Of a stretch of DNA of 64,000 nucleotides, positions 31,792-41,272 are shown piece after piece. The position numbers were made by a program, and so were the translations under genes. Under the pieces are notes generated by a model. The model saw nothing but the letters and a program-made list of their open reading frames with translations, was not told the origin of the DNA and did not search any database. Position 1 is the first letter of the stretch; the number at the start of each line of letters is the position of its first letter. The DNA lies in the NCBI GenBank assembly GCA_963676915.2, contig CAXXVK010000064.1, positions 29,441 to 93,440 on the forward strand, read 5' to 3'. The DNA is from Myxococcota bacterium. Lineage in GTDB: Bacteria; Myxococcota_A; SURF-8; G963663525.

Positions 31792-32035
31792 ATGAACGAA
31801 TCCAAGGAAAATGATTTCGATCTGGACCTGGGTCGGACTGGTTCTGACGATTTACGGACTGATCATCGTAGGTTGCGGCTTGTATTATCTGGTTGAGCCG
31901 GATACGAAAACAGCGATGGCGGCAATTCATCCTTCTCTTTGGTGGGGTGCGATCATGGTGGTTGCCGGAAGCGTGTTTTTATCGCTGAAATTTATCGGAA
32001 AAACCTTGGGAATGTCCGATACGGAGGAAAGTTAG
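31792..32035 (+). CDS. Small two-TM membrane protein associated with the SSS transporter
   Basis: ISIWTWVG..L..YG...HPSLWWG; RBS GGAGG before ATG 31792, with one apparent extra A near 31810. Confidence 0.65.
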
Positions 32036-32037
32036 AG

Positions 32038-32421
32038 ATGCGCAAAGTCACGACAACCCGACCTTCCTTTCCCGACGCCCCTGCAAACGTAGCTCTGGAA
32101 TTTACCGAGGGAGAACGTTGGCAGGTGCCATGTGGGGATACCGGCCATTGGCGTATGGGATTTTACTCGCCTGAATACGGCAGCGCCGCCGATATCGAAG
32201 AGTTGGAATGGCACGATTGCCCCGAACTTTTTCTGCTGGTCGAAGGCAAGGTGTCGCTGGTGTTGTCCGATCACGAAGGCGAACGATTCGTGGAACTGGA
32301 ACCGAAAAAACCGGTGCTGGTAACCTGCCGGCATGCCGGATTCTGTCCTGACGGACCGTTTACAGGCGTTTGTGCCGTTATCGAGCGCGACGCCTTCGAA
32401 ACCGAATACACACCGCGCTAA
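32038..32421 (+). CDS. Hypothetical cupin-like protein
   Basis: E.H.CPELFLLVEG and later H motif; lies inside the operon. Confidence 0.55.
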   Translation: MRKVTTTRPSFPDAPANVALEFTEGERWQVPCGDTGHWRMGFYSPEYGSAADIEELEWHDCPELFLLVEGKVSLVLSDHEGERFVELEPKKPVLVTCRHAGFCPDGPFTGVCAVIERDAFETEYTPR

Positions 32422-32441
32422 CCCACCAAGGAGAAACCGAC

Positions 32442-33623
32442 ATGTCCGCGAATCTCGACTTCGACCGTTTACAACGGATTTTTCACGAAAAGTTCGGTTC
32501 ATCCGAAGGACCGTTGCGCTGGGTCGCCGCACCGGGACGAGTCAACCTGATTGGTGAACATACCGATTATCATGACGGTTTCGTGCTTCCGGCGGCGATC
32601 GATCGCTACGTAACGGCAGTCGGTCGTATTCGCGAAGATGACACCGTGCAGGTATATTCTGCCACTTTCGACGAGCAGATCTCTTTCCGGTATCGGGATG
32701 ATGTACGTTCCGAGCATGGTTGGGCGCGTCGATTGGAAGGCATTTTGCGCATCGTGCTCGAGGGTGTGGAAAAGCCTGTCGGCATGGATGTCACTATGGA
32801 AGCCAACCTCCCTTTGGGCGGCGGATTGTCCAGTTCGGCGGCGGCTCAAGCGGCATTGGGATCGCTGGCCATGCACTTCAACGACGTATCCATGGATAAT
32901 CTCGACTTCGCACGGGCGATTCAACTTGCCGAACACCGGTACGCCGGGCTGAAATGCGGTATCATGGACCCGCTCGCCGTGATCGAAGGTCAGCCCGACT
33001 CGGCACTGTTGATCGACTGCCGCAGTTTGTCGGTGCGTCCCGTACCCTTGCCGCCGGATTGGCGCATTGTCGTACTCGATACCGGCGTCAAACATGAACT
33101 GGCCAGCAGTGAATACAACAAACGGCAGGAAGAATGCCGCTCGGTGCTGGATCTTGTGAAGGAAAACAACCCTGAAATCAAGGCATTGCGGGACGTTCTT
33201 CCCGAAGATCTGGATCTTGTGGCTGAAAAAGCCGATCCGGTGGGGTTGAAGCGCTGCCGTTATGTGCTCGCCGAAAACAATCGTGTGCAAGAAGTGCTTG
33301 ATCCACTCAAGAAGAAAGATATCCCGCAGGTGCGACGGTTGTTTCTGGCGTCTCACGAGGGCTTGGACAAAGACTACGAAGTCACCTGCAACGAGTTGAA
33401 TCGTTTAGTGAATCTCGCCAAGGAAGCTCCGGGATTCATAGCCGGGAGGATGACGGGTGGCGGTTTCGGTGGCAGCACCGTGAATTTTGTCGAAAAGGAT
33501 CGGGCGCAGGATTTCATTGAAACCGTGCTGGATGCCTACAATCGTGAAGAGGGACGAAAAGGTTCCGGCATGGCGGTAACAGCCTGCAATGGTGTGGAAC
33601 AAGGCGACGTCCCGTCTTCCTGA
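32442..33623 (+). CDS. galK: Galactokinase
   Basis: APGRVNLIGEHTDY, P.GGGLSSSAA, CGIMD, EYNKR..EC, GRMTGGGFGG. Confidence 0.95.
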   Translation: MSANLDFDRLQRIFHEKFGSSEGPLRWVAAPGRVNLIGEHTDYHDGFVLPAAIDRYVTAVGRIREDDTVQVYSATFDEQISFRYRDDVRSEHGWARRLEGILRIVLEGVEKPVGMDVTMEANLPLGGGLSSSAAAQAALGSLAMHFNDVSMDNLDFARAIQLAEHRYAGLKCGIMDPLAVIEGQPDSALLIDCRSLSVRPVPLPPDWRIVVLDTGVKHELASSEYNKRQEECRSVLDLVKENNPEIKALRDVLPEDLDLVAEKADPVGLKRCRYVLAENNRVQEVLDPLKKKDIPQVRRLFLASHEGLDKDYEVTCNELNRLVNLAKEAPGFIAGRMTGGGFGGSTVNFVEKDRAQDFIETVLDAYNREEGRKGSGMAVTACNGVEQGDVPSS

Positions 33624-33683
33624 AACTTGGTGTATTTGAACCATATTGGGTGCACTCTAGGGGATGACCTGAGAAAACCGCTC

Positions 33684-33712
33684 TTGACTCTCTTTCCATC
33701 CATCGTTACATT
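33684..33712 (+). promoter_or_regulatory. Putative sigma70 promoter
   Basis: TTGACT-N17-TACATT about 50 bp upstream of ATG 33761. Confidence 0.5.
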
Positions 33713-33760
33713 TTCCTAAATAGGTGATTTGTTTCCATACCTCAACGTTGGGTAGTCTTC

Positions 33761-35466
33761 ATGTCCCTTACCAAATCGATGCGCTTCGGGTTTCTTGTTC
33801 TTTCCATCGTTATTTTACTATCTGCCTGTGAAGATGAGGGAAACGGTAGCGCTCCTGTGGACTGGGTAGCGTTTCAGCCTCCCGTTCATGAATACACGAC
33901 GGATCAACGTGTGGTGTTGCCTGCCGGGGTCCGATTACCTGATCGTTCCGTTCAGCACCGATGAAAAGGCGGCCGATCAAATCGGGTTCACGATTATGGT
34001 CGAACAGGGTGGAGATGAGACAACGGTTGCCCGGAAGAATCTTTATGTGCAACCTTCCGAATTCGTTGAGAAAAATGACACGACATTGGCTTTGGAGAAA
34101 AGCCGCTCGGAAGTCGTCGAACGTCTGAACGCTCAAATTCGCCTGGATGCCCGTTTTCGCGAAACCCGCCAGCGCATTGCAAGCGAACGTCTGTTGAAGC
34201 CTGTACCAGAGTCTCGCACGGAGGTTTCGAAGAAAGCGTTGGAAGGTAGTTGCACGCTTTCCAGCGAATGCGAACAGGATGCTTTGTGTGTCGACGGCGA
34301 ATGCCTCAAAGATGTTCCCGTACTTTCGAATACACCCATCGACGATTTCCAGACGGTGGAGACGTTCACGGCGTACGTCGGCTACAAAGGCGAACGTTGT
34401 GCCGTATTGGTGGATCAAAGCAACGGTACCCACGTAACCGAAGATTCGGTGAACAATATGGGCGAAATCTTCGATGCGCTGATTTTTCCTCGATTGCAGA
34501 GCATGTATGGAGAGGCCGAACTTCAGGACGGTACGAAAGCCTGGGATCGTAACGGAGATGGCCTCGTATGGTTTGCGCTGACCTCGCAGTTTCCAACGAA
34601 CGTAGCCGGGTATTTCGATCCCGGAGATTTTGTGGACAACGAATACTCCCAGTACAGCAACGAGGCGGACATCCTCTTCTTGCAACCTCCGGGGCGAATG
34701 ATCCCGATGGATTCGATTTTCGGCACGTTGGCGCACGAATTTCAGCATCTGTTAAATTTCTCGGCCAAATATTACCTTCCTGCCATTCAAGGGCTGGACC
34801 CGGCACAGGAAGAATTGTGGTTGGATGAGGGGTTGGCTCATTTTACCGAAGAAGCGGTCGGGTACGGCGTGGATACGCTGGGCGTGCTTTACAGCATGCT
34901 GGAAGATTTTGGCGAGCATCGACTGGTCGAAACCCGTTCCGGTGCGTCGTACGACACGATCGGACTGCGTGCCATGGCCTATTTGTTCGTTCGGTATACG
35001 GTGGAAAGCCTGGGAGGGCTGGAGTATCCCGCTGACGGTAAGCATTTCCGGGGAACAGGCTGTGACGTTTTTACGGTCGCTGCATTCTTCTTCGAAGGTG
35101 GGAACCGAAAACTATCTGTATGCGTCTGGGAGAGAGTGGTACGAAGTCCTTCCCGAGGTGCTCGCCGCTATCGCTATGGACGAACGTGCGAACGAAGCGG
35201 AGTACGGATTCGACGAGTTGCGAGAAGATCCCGATACCGGAGAATATACAGGGGTTTGCATGCGTTGCGACCGCGACCGGGTGGGTTATGGCGATACGTT
35301 GTCTTTTGTTGGAGCCAAAGAACGGACTCTCGAACTTGGGGAAACTTCCTGGTCGATTCCCAACTCTTCGGGTATTTATTTTCGGTTGAACAACCCCGGC
35401 CAGACCGTCAACGTCACCGTTTCAACCGAAGAAAAGAATTTCGGCTTTTCGATTATCCAACTGTAA
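33761..35466 (+). CDS. Zinc metalloprotease lipoprotein (M30/gluzincin-like); two +1 frameshifts (~33925, ~35045)
   Basis: Lipobox LSAC, AGYF...D, SNEAD, TLAHEFQHL, LWLDEGLAH..E. Confidence 0.8.
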
Positions 35467-35478
35467 GTGGGGGCTATC

Positions 35479-36106
35479 ATGCGTGTCTGGCTCGTCCTGG
35501 CGATGGTGTTAAGCTTGTCCGGAATTGCATCTGCCGAAGAAACCCGTATTGAACAAAAAACGCCCGAAGTGTCTGAAAACACGAAGAATCTCGTGCTTGT
35601 CGAACGAACGGGCACGATCAAGGTTACCGGTCGGGCGCGGTTTTCATTCGTCGAGATCCACTCGGGGGACCGGTAAAGACATTCTGACCGGAGAACTTGC
35701 CGACGAACTGAAGCGCATTGCCGGTCATAAGGTACGTGTGAAAGCGACGGCAGGAGAAAAGATCCGTGGTTTCGATGCGTTGCAGGTGGTGAGCTATAAT
35801 ATCTTGCAGGCCGATGATGGCGAGAAACCCACCGTGGGAAAAATCGAAGTGATCCGCAAGCAGCCGTTTCTTTTGGTTCCCGATCTCGGTCAACCGTTGG
35901 CGCTTAGTGGAAACCGGCACATGCTGGAGAAACTGATGGAGCAAGACGGTGCGAAGGTCTGGATCGTCGGCCGAATGCAAAAGGAGCGCTTGAAGGTGGT
36001 CAAATACGGCGTTTTGCGTCCGGTCGATTCTGAAAAGTGTAAAAAGAAACGGTTTGTTCCCCCGCTCAAACCGATGATGCGGCTCGATCCGATCAAGAAA
36101 AAGTGA
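35479..36106 (+). CDS. Secreted hypothetical protein with two small beta domains; +1 frameshift ~35665
   Basis: Signal peptide in ORF 35467; continues in ORF 35525 (GAKVWIVG); G run at the junction. Confidence 0.55.
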
Positions 36107-36141
36107 TTGAGGTATTCAACAAAACGTATTTTTCAGTTGAA

Positions 36142-36210
36142 GTAGGTCGGGTGATTTCACCCGACAATTTTCGAAAACCAACTCTCCTGTCGGGGTAAGA
36201 AATACCCGAC
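36142..36210. repeat. GTAG-family REP doublet (second half degenerate)
   Basis: GTAGGTCGGGTGATTTCACCCGACAATTTTCGAAAAC, near-identical to the 25662 copy, then TGTCGGGGTAAGAAATACCCGAC. Confidence 0.8.
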
Positions 36211-36261
36211 GAGGTTCTATTTTCCTAGTCAACCTCTCGATATCTCTACAATTCCAAGCTT

Positions 36262-36317
36262 GAAATAAATAAAGCAGACACCACGGTCAGGCGGGGCTTG
36301 GCCGTGGTGTCTGCTTT
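36262..36317 (-). terminator. Strong hairpin/intrinsic terminator at the trailer end of the CRISPR array
   Basis: AAAGCAGACACCACGGTCA / TGGCCGTGGTGTCTGCTTT inverted repeat followed on the minus strand by TTTATTTATTT. Confidence 0.8.
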
Positions 36318-36999
36318 TCTACGAGGGCCCGGTCAAAAACGGTTATTGCTGGATCAGGCGATTGTGAAGACTGCGTTTCCATACCCTCTATGAGGGCCCG
36401 GTCAAAAACCCGTACACTGCACCGAACGTCCTACCGATGTCCTGTTTCCATACCCTCTATGAGGGCCCGGTCAAAAACGGCAAACGCCGTGGTAGAAGTG
36501 GTGGTTCCGTTTCCATACCCTCTACGAGGGCCCGGTCAAAAACAATGAAAACATTGATGAAAAGCAGTTGAAAAAGTTTCCATACCCTCTATGAGGGCCC
36601 GGTCAAAAACTCAACTACGAAATCTGTATGGAAGATGTGGAGTTTCCATACCCTCTATGAGGGCCCGGTCAAAAACCGGTCGCTCCACCCTCGTGACACC
36701 GGCCGTTGTTTCCATACCCTCTATGAGGGCCCGGTCAAAAACAAAAGAGGTTGGGACGCCGACAAAGAATCTTTGTTTCCATACCCTCTATGAGGGCCCG
36801 GTCAAAAACCTTTACCAGCAACCGCCGAAGCAGAAAATGATGTTTCCATACCCTCTCAGAAATACAACACCAGCTCCGTCGAAGAACGTTTTGGTTTCCA
36901 TACCCTCTATGAGGGCCCGGTCAAAAACATGTAAACTGCACCAATTCTTGGGGAGATGTGTTGTGTTTCCATACCCTCTATGAGGGCCCGGTCAAAAAC
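36318..36999 (-). CRISPR. CRISPR array: 9 full 35-bp repeats, 2 partial repeats, 10 spacers (30-37 bp); no cas genes in window
   Basis: Repeat GTTTCCATACCCTCTATGAGGGCCCGGTCAAAAAC at 36375, 36444, 36509 (one substitution), 36576, 36642, 36708, 36775, 36894, 36965; partials 36318-36340 and 36842-36856; minus-strand repeat ends ATGGAAAC and contains a CCCTC/GAGGG hairpin. Confidence 0.97.
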
Positions 37000-37330
37000 C
37001 GTGGCCTTGTAAGGGTTCGTAAATACTGGGGAATTTACCCCTGTTTGACGGATGACCGATTTTTCTCCATTCAGTATCCTCGAATTCGACCTCTTTGGGT
37101 GCCAGATCCCGTTTTGACGTCTTTATAACCTCTTGATTTCAAAGAGCTTATCTGTTTTGACGAAGGATTTGACGCTGGTTTTTCTTGTTTGATTACTCTA
37201 TCCTATCGAAGATACACCAATTTAGCGTTATTGCACGATCTTTGCAAACGAATTTTCATAATCATTCGTCAAACGGCGATTGAATTTGGCTGAAAATGTA
37301 GTAAAAGACTAAAGATAACAATAAGATAGC
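37000..37330 (-). promoter_or_regulatory. CRISPR leader with IHF consensus site and repeated TTTGACG motifs
   Basis: AT-rich non-coding region next to the intact terminal repeat; 37126-37138 reads AATCAAGAGGTTA on the minus strand (WATCAANNNNTTR). Confidence 0.7.
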
Positions 37331-37387
37331 GATGTCGTGGGGAGATTGGGTGGTTTTTGCCCACTATCAGGGTGGTGTTTGAAACCT

Positions 37388-37408
37388 GCCGGGTGAAATC
37401 ACCCGACA
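37388..37408. repeat. Single REP palindrome overlapping the AMMECR1 stop codon
   Basis: GCCGGGTGAAATCACCCGACA, same core as the other REPs. Confidence 0.7.
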
Positions 37409-37990
37409 GTCAGGTTTTCGGGACCATTTTCGTAAACATCCCCCTCCCCGAAGACAATCGCCTCGAAGGAGTACAGCTTCGCTTTCGGGCTGCTCCAGGC
37501 GTCGGGAGGAAGCCCGGCCTTGATGCAGGTATGTTGCAGGAAGGTGTCCCGATCCCATCGTTTGTTCGGTGGCGACTTGCGGCAGCAGCAGTCCTCGATG
37601 ATATCCCCGCTCGATGAGCAACCCGTGGCGTCCGACTTCGATGGTTTCGACATCCTCGACCTCTTCCATCGGGGTCAGCACCGAGATTTCGTAATCCAAA
37701 TCGGAAAGTTCGCTCTCCGAAACGGAAGGGAAGCGCGGATCGTTTTGAGAGGCCGAAAACGCCATATCCACAACGCTGTTCCATAGGGGCATCGTTGCCT
37801 CGACCTGACCGATGCAGCCCCGAAGCTGTCCATGCTTGTGAAGGGTAACGAAGGCGGCACCAAGCGTCGAGAGGCTTTCGTCTTCGCAGGGAATGGAGGG
37901 ACGGCGGCCACGGTCACGGGCGGTTTGTTCCACCACGCGGCGTGCGAGGTCGAGAAGCGTTCGTTTCTGTTCATCGGACAAGGAGAACAT
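37399..37990 (-). CDS. amrA: AmmeMemoRadiSam system protein A (AMMECR1 domain); +1 frameshift ~37560
   Basis: GAAFVTL, LRGCIG, DPRFP, EISVLTP, GRHGL, GLLLPQVATE; C-terminus WDRDTFL..TC.KAGLP in the shifted frame. Confidence 0.9.
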
Positions 37991-38146
37991 CGTTTCCCTC
38001 CTTCCTGTATTCAAGGAAGCAGTTGGTCACAAATATAAAAAGCTGTGATTTCAATTTGTTGGAGACATAAACACACCACGACAAATTCTGATACGTCGTT
38101 TCACTGCCCCCCGAAAACCCTTTGACGAAACCCGAAACGAGTCTCG

Positions 38147-38503
38147 TTAAAAGGTGAAAACTTTCGACTCTTTGGCCAGGTTGATCAACGTACCGCCGGT
38201 GGCCAGCTTCGCGGTTTTCACGAAATCGCCCTCATCGAGCATCCGGTTGTTGGCGCAAGGCGTACAGACGTAAATCGGCACGTTTCCTTCCACCAAAGCT
38301 TCGAGATAAGGCTTCAGCTCGTCGCCGGTCGGTGCTTTGACATTATCGGCCATGCCCAGTCGTGCGAATACCACGGCGTCGTCGATCAGGAAAATGTGGA
38401 CATCGTTGCCGTCATCCATGGCGAGTTTGGCAAACTGGAACGTGCGGGTGGCCCGGGTGGGATCTTCCAGACCACGGCTGAGAACGAACAGAAAACTGGC
38501 CAT
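38147..38503 (-). CDS. DsrE/DsrF-like family protein
   Basis: VHIFLIDDAV, IYVCTPCA..R; RBS GGAGG before ATG 38503. Confidence 0.85.
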   Translation of the reverse strand: MASFLFVLSRGLEDPTRATRTFQFAKLAMDDGNDVHIFLIDDAVVFARLGMADNVKAPTGDELKPYLEALVEGNVPIYVCTPCANNRMLDEGDFVKTAKLATGGTLINLAKESKVFTF

Positions 38504-38800
38504 TGTGTGCCTCCTGGAAAGTGAGTGTGAAATCAAGAAAAGAATAGCCCTTTTAGGGGTAAAAATCAAAAGAGAGATTTTTTTGACAAATTGTCCCTTG
38601 GCTTTCAACGGCTTTGCCGTGAATCGACAAGTTGTCCATCCTGGTTGTATTCGCTGGAAACTGGTATTGAAATGCTCACGTCAGAAGGGTACAAAATGTT
38701 GAGAATTCAAATGGTTATTGCCGTGTTGGTGTGATCTTGATTTATGGCTTGGTTCTTGCTATGGTCAAAGACTACGTGAACTGTCGAAGGTGGATGACCG

Positions 38801-40269
38801 ATGCAACGCTCCGTACGTTTCCCGCGTTTATTTCTGATAACGGCTTGTTTGTTCGCCACTATATTCTTGGCGATGCCGTCGGCTTGGGCCGTGAATGTCA
38901 ATATCGACGAAGTGACGATCGAACTGGACAGCGAAAAATACACTTCGGACGATGTGGAATATATTTACGTCAACAGTGAGTTGGCGGAAATTACGTTGTC
39001 GTTTTCACTCGACGCGACGGCTGAAGATGCGGATTGGACGCTGACTTTAGGTGCCAGCACCAACGTAACCGATCAGGAATTCCAATCGGGAAAATTTTCA
39101 TCCACTTCCACGAGTACGTCCACAAGCTTTACACCTCGGGATGTCAATCTCAAGCTCGGCGATCAAAATGCCGATGGAGATCTGGTCTATAGTTTTAAAT
39201 TGACGTTGCAGGTTACCGCCACCACAACCGAAGAAACTACGACCAACGATGGTGACGAGGATGTCACTACGTCCGAAACCGTAACCAATACCTCGCCGAC
39301 GCAAACCATCAACATCGTGGTGGATCGCGATCCACCCGCAACGGCAGTATTGGACGATACATTGTCTTCCGGGGGAAAACAGCGTCAATCTCACCTGGCA
39401 GGCTGTGGAACGCTCCGAAACCGACTCTCTCGAAGAAACCGAAGGAAGTTCGATGCGTTACAAGATCTGTGCCCGAATCATCGACGATTCCGGCGCGCAG
39501 TCGAAAATCCTGGACGGTGACACGGACGACGAACTCGAAGCAGAAAGCGACATTGTCGAGGATGATGTGGTCGAGGACGTTGCGGAGATCGAAGAAGAAA
39601 CGGAAATCGAGGTAGATAGTGCCGAAACGATTCCTGAAGAGGATATCGAGTCGCAAACGGAAGAGCCGATGGTCGATGGGGACGAAGACGACGAACTGAA
39701 TTCGGACATCGAATTCGATGAAGATGAATGTATTTTACGAACCAACATTACTTCCACAAGCTATCGGTTCGATGGCTTGGAAAACGGTGTCGTGTACGGT
39801 TTCAGGCTGAAAGCCATCGACGCGGCACGAAACGAAAGCGAAAGCTGGTCCAACGAAGTTATCGCCACACCTCGACCGGTGAACGATTTCTGGGAAACCT
39901 ATAAAGAGGCGGGTGGAAAAGAAGACGGTGGTTTCTGTTTTTATCGCAACGGCGGCCTTCGAAGGTTACGATACCGCCGAGGTTCGTTCGTTGCGCCGAT
40001 TCCGTGATGAAGTTTTGGCGCAGTATGACGCAGGATTGGCCTTTATTGCGTTGTATTATCGCTGGGGTGAACCTGCTGGGCGATGGATCGAGGCCCATCC
40101 GGTGTTTCGGCCCGTGGTCCGAAGCGCGTTGCTGCCGCTTGTCTACTGGAGCCGAGTTGCTCTCGAATACGGTGTATTCACTGCTCTGCTTCTCTTGCTG
40201 ATGATGGGTGTGCTGTTGGAGCGTACTGTCACCGGAATCCGGGGACAGATGCGAAAGGAGGTTCGCTGA
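38801..40269 (+). CDS. Secreted FN3-containing protein with CFI-box-CTERM domain (MXAN_2561-like); two +1 frameshifts (~39375, ~39940)
   Basis: Signal peptide, DRDPP, GLENGVVY...A.D.A.NES, DFWETYKEAGG.E.GG-CFIATAAF...LRRFRD..L....G..FI..YY, C-terminal TM. Confidence 0.75.
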
Positions 40270-41000
40270 TGACGTTTTCGCTTCGAACCTTCTTGTTTGC
40301 ATTGGGTCTTTTGCTGCTTTCCATTCCCGCACAGGCCGAGGAAAGTCCGAAAAACTTTACCCTGCATTTCGGCTTCGGTCCGCATTCGATCAGCAGTATC
40401 GATGATGAGATAAAATCCTCCGGCACCGAGCCGGTTTCCGATGTCTTCGGCACCGGTCCCAAATTGATGTTCCAGATGGGCTTGGAATACTATGTCTGGC
40501 AAGGTTTCGGCACGGTCGGAATCGAGGGTGCAACAGGTTTTTGGCAGACCGATGGCAAAGGGCTGCGGGAAGACGGCACCCGTTCGAAGGATAGTACCGT
40601 TTTCAACATGATTCCCATGAAGCTGTCTGCCGTGTATCGTTTTTCCTATTTGCAGGACGAATGGTTGGTTCCACTGGTTCCCATTGCCAAATTCGGGTTC
40701 GATTACTGGGTCTGGTGGGTGCTCAATCAGCGTAGCGACCTTGCAAGATTCGAGCATCAGGACGGCAGCCAATCCAAGGCTTTGGGCGCCACCTATGGTT
40801 TGCATGTCACCTACGGACTGATGTTCAATCTGAACTTCATCGATGGAGAGTTGGGCCGGGACTTCGATCAAAGTGCCGGGGTCAACGGAACCTATCTGTA
40901 TATCGAAGGTGTATATAGCTGGCTGGAAGATTTTGGAATCGGTGATTCGTGGGATCTGTCCTCCCATACCTTCATTGCTGGAATTCTGTTCGAGTTCTAA
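40269..41000 (+). CDS. MXAN_2562-like outer membrane beta-barrel protein
   Basis: ESPK N-terminus, AVYRF, PLVP..K.G.DY..WW, D...GVN.TYL, terminal FEF. Confidence 0.75.
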   Translation: MTFSLRTFLFALGLLLLSIPAQAEESPKNFTLHFGFGPHSISSIDDEIKSSGTEPVSDVFGTGPKLMFQMGLEYYVWQGFGTVGIEGATGFWQTDGKGLREDGTRSKDSTVFNMIPMKLSAVYRFSYLQDEWLVPLVPIAKFGFDYWVWWVLNQRSDLARFEHQDGSQSKALGATYGLHVTYGLMFNLNFIDGELGRDFDQSAGVNGTYLYIEGVYSWLEDFGIGDSWDLSSHTFIAGILFEF

Positions 41001-41272
41001 ACGACGCAAACGTTCGTTTTTTTCTCAGTTTGTCGGCATTGTGACGATGAATAATTTTGGAATATTGGTTCGATTGTTCGGATCTAACCTGTATAATAGG
41101 TTTGTGTCACCAGCCTTCCAATACTGATCGATATCATTGAAGTTTCCCGCTTCAGTGATTTGGTCTTCAGGGGATAAGCAGGGCCAATGGATTGGGGGAG
41201 GTTGGTCATCAAAAGTTTCAAGCAGTTCGAAGGGGGCATTTTTCAATGATCGAACTGCCATTCTTCTAGATT

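Noticed and set aside
36591-36983. 130-aa ORF with repeated SIPSMRARSKT
   Set aside because: It is a translation of CRISPR repeats and spacers, not a gene.
33761-38503. Array-flanking genes as novel Cas effectors
   Set aside because: The left genes are secreted (protease lipoprotein, signal-peptide protein) and the right genes are AMMECR1 and DsrE. I saw no RAMP, HEPN, RuvC, HD or Cas1 motifs.
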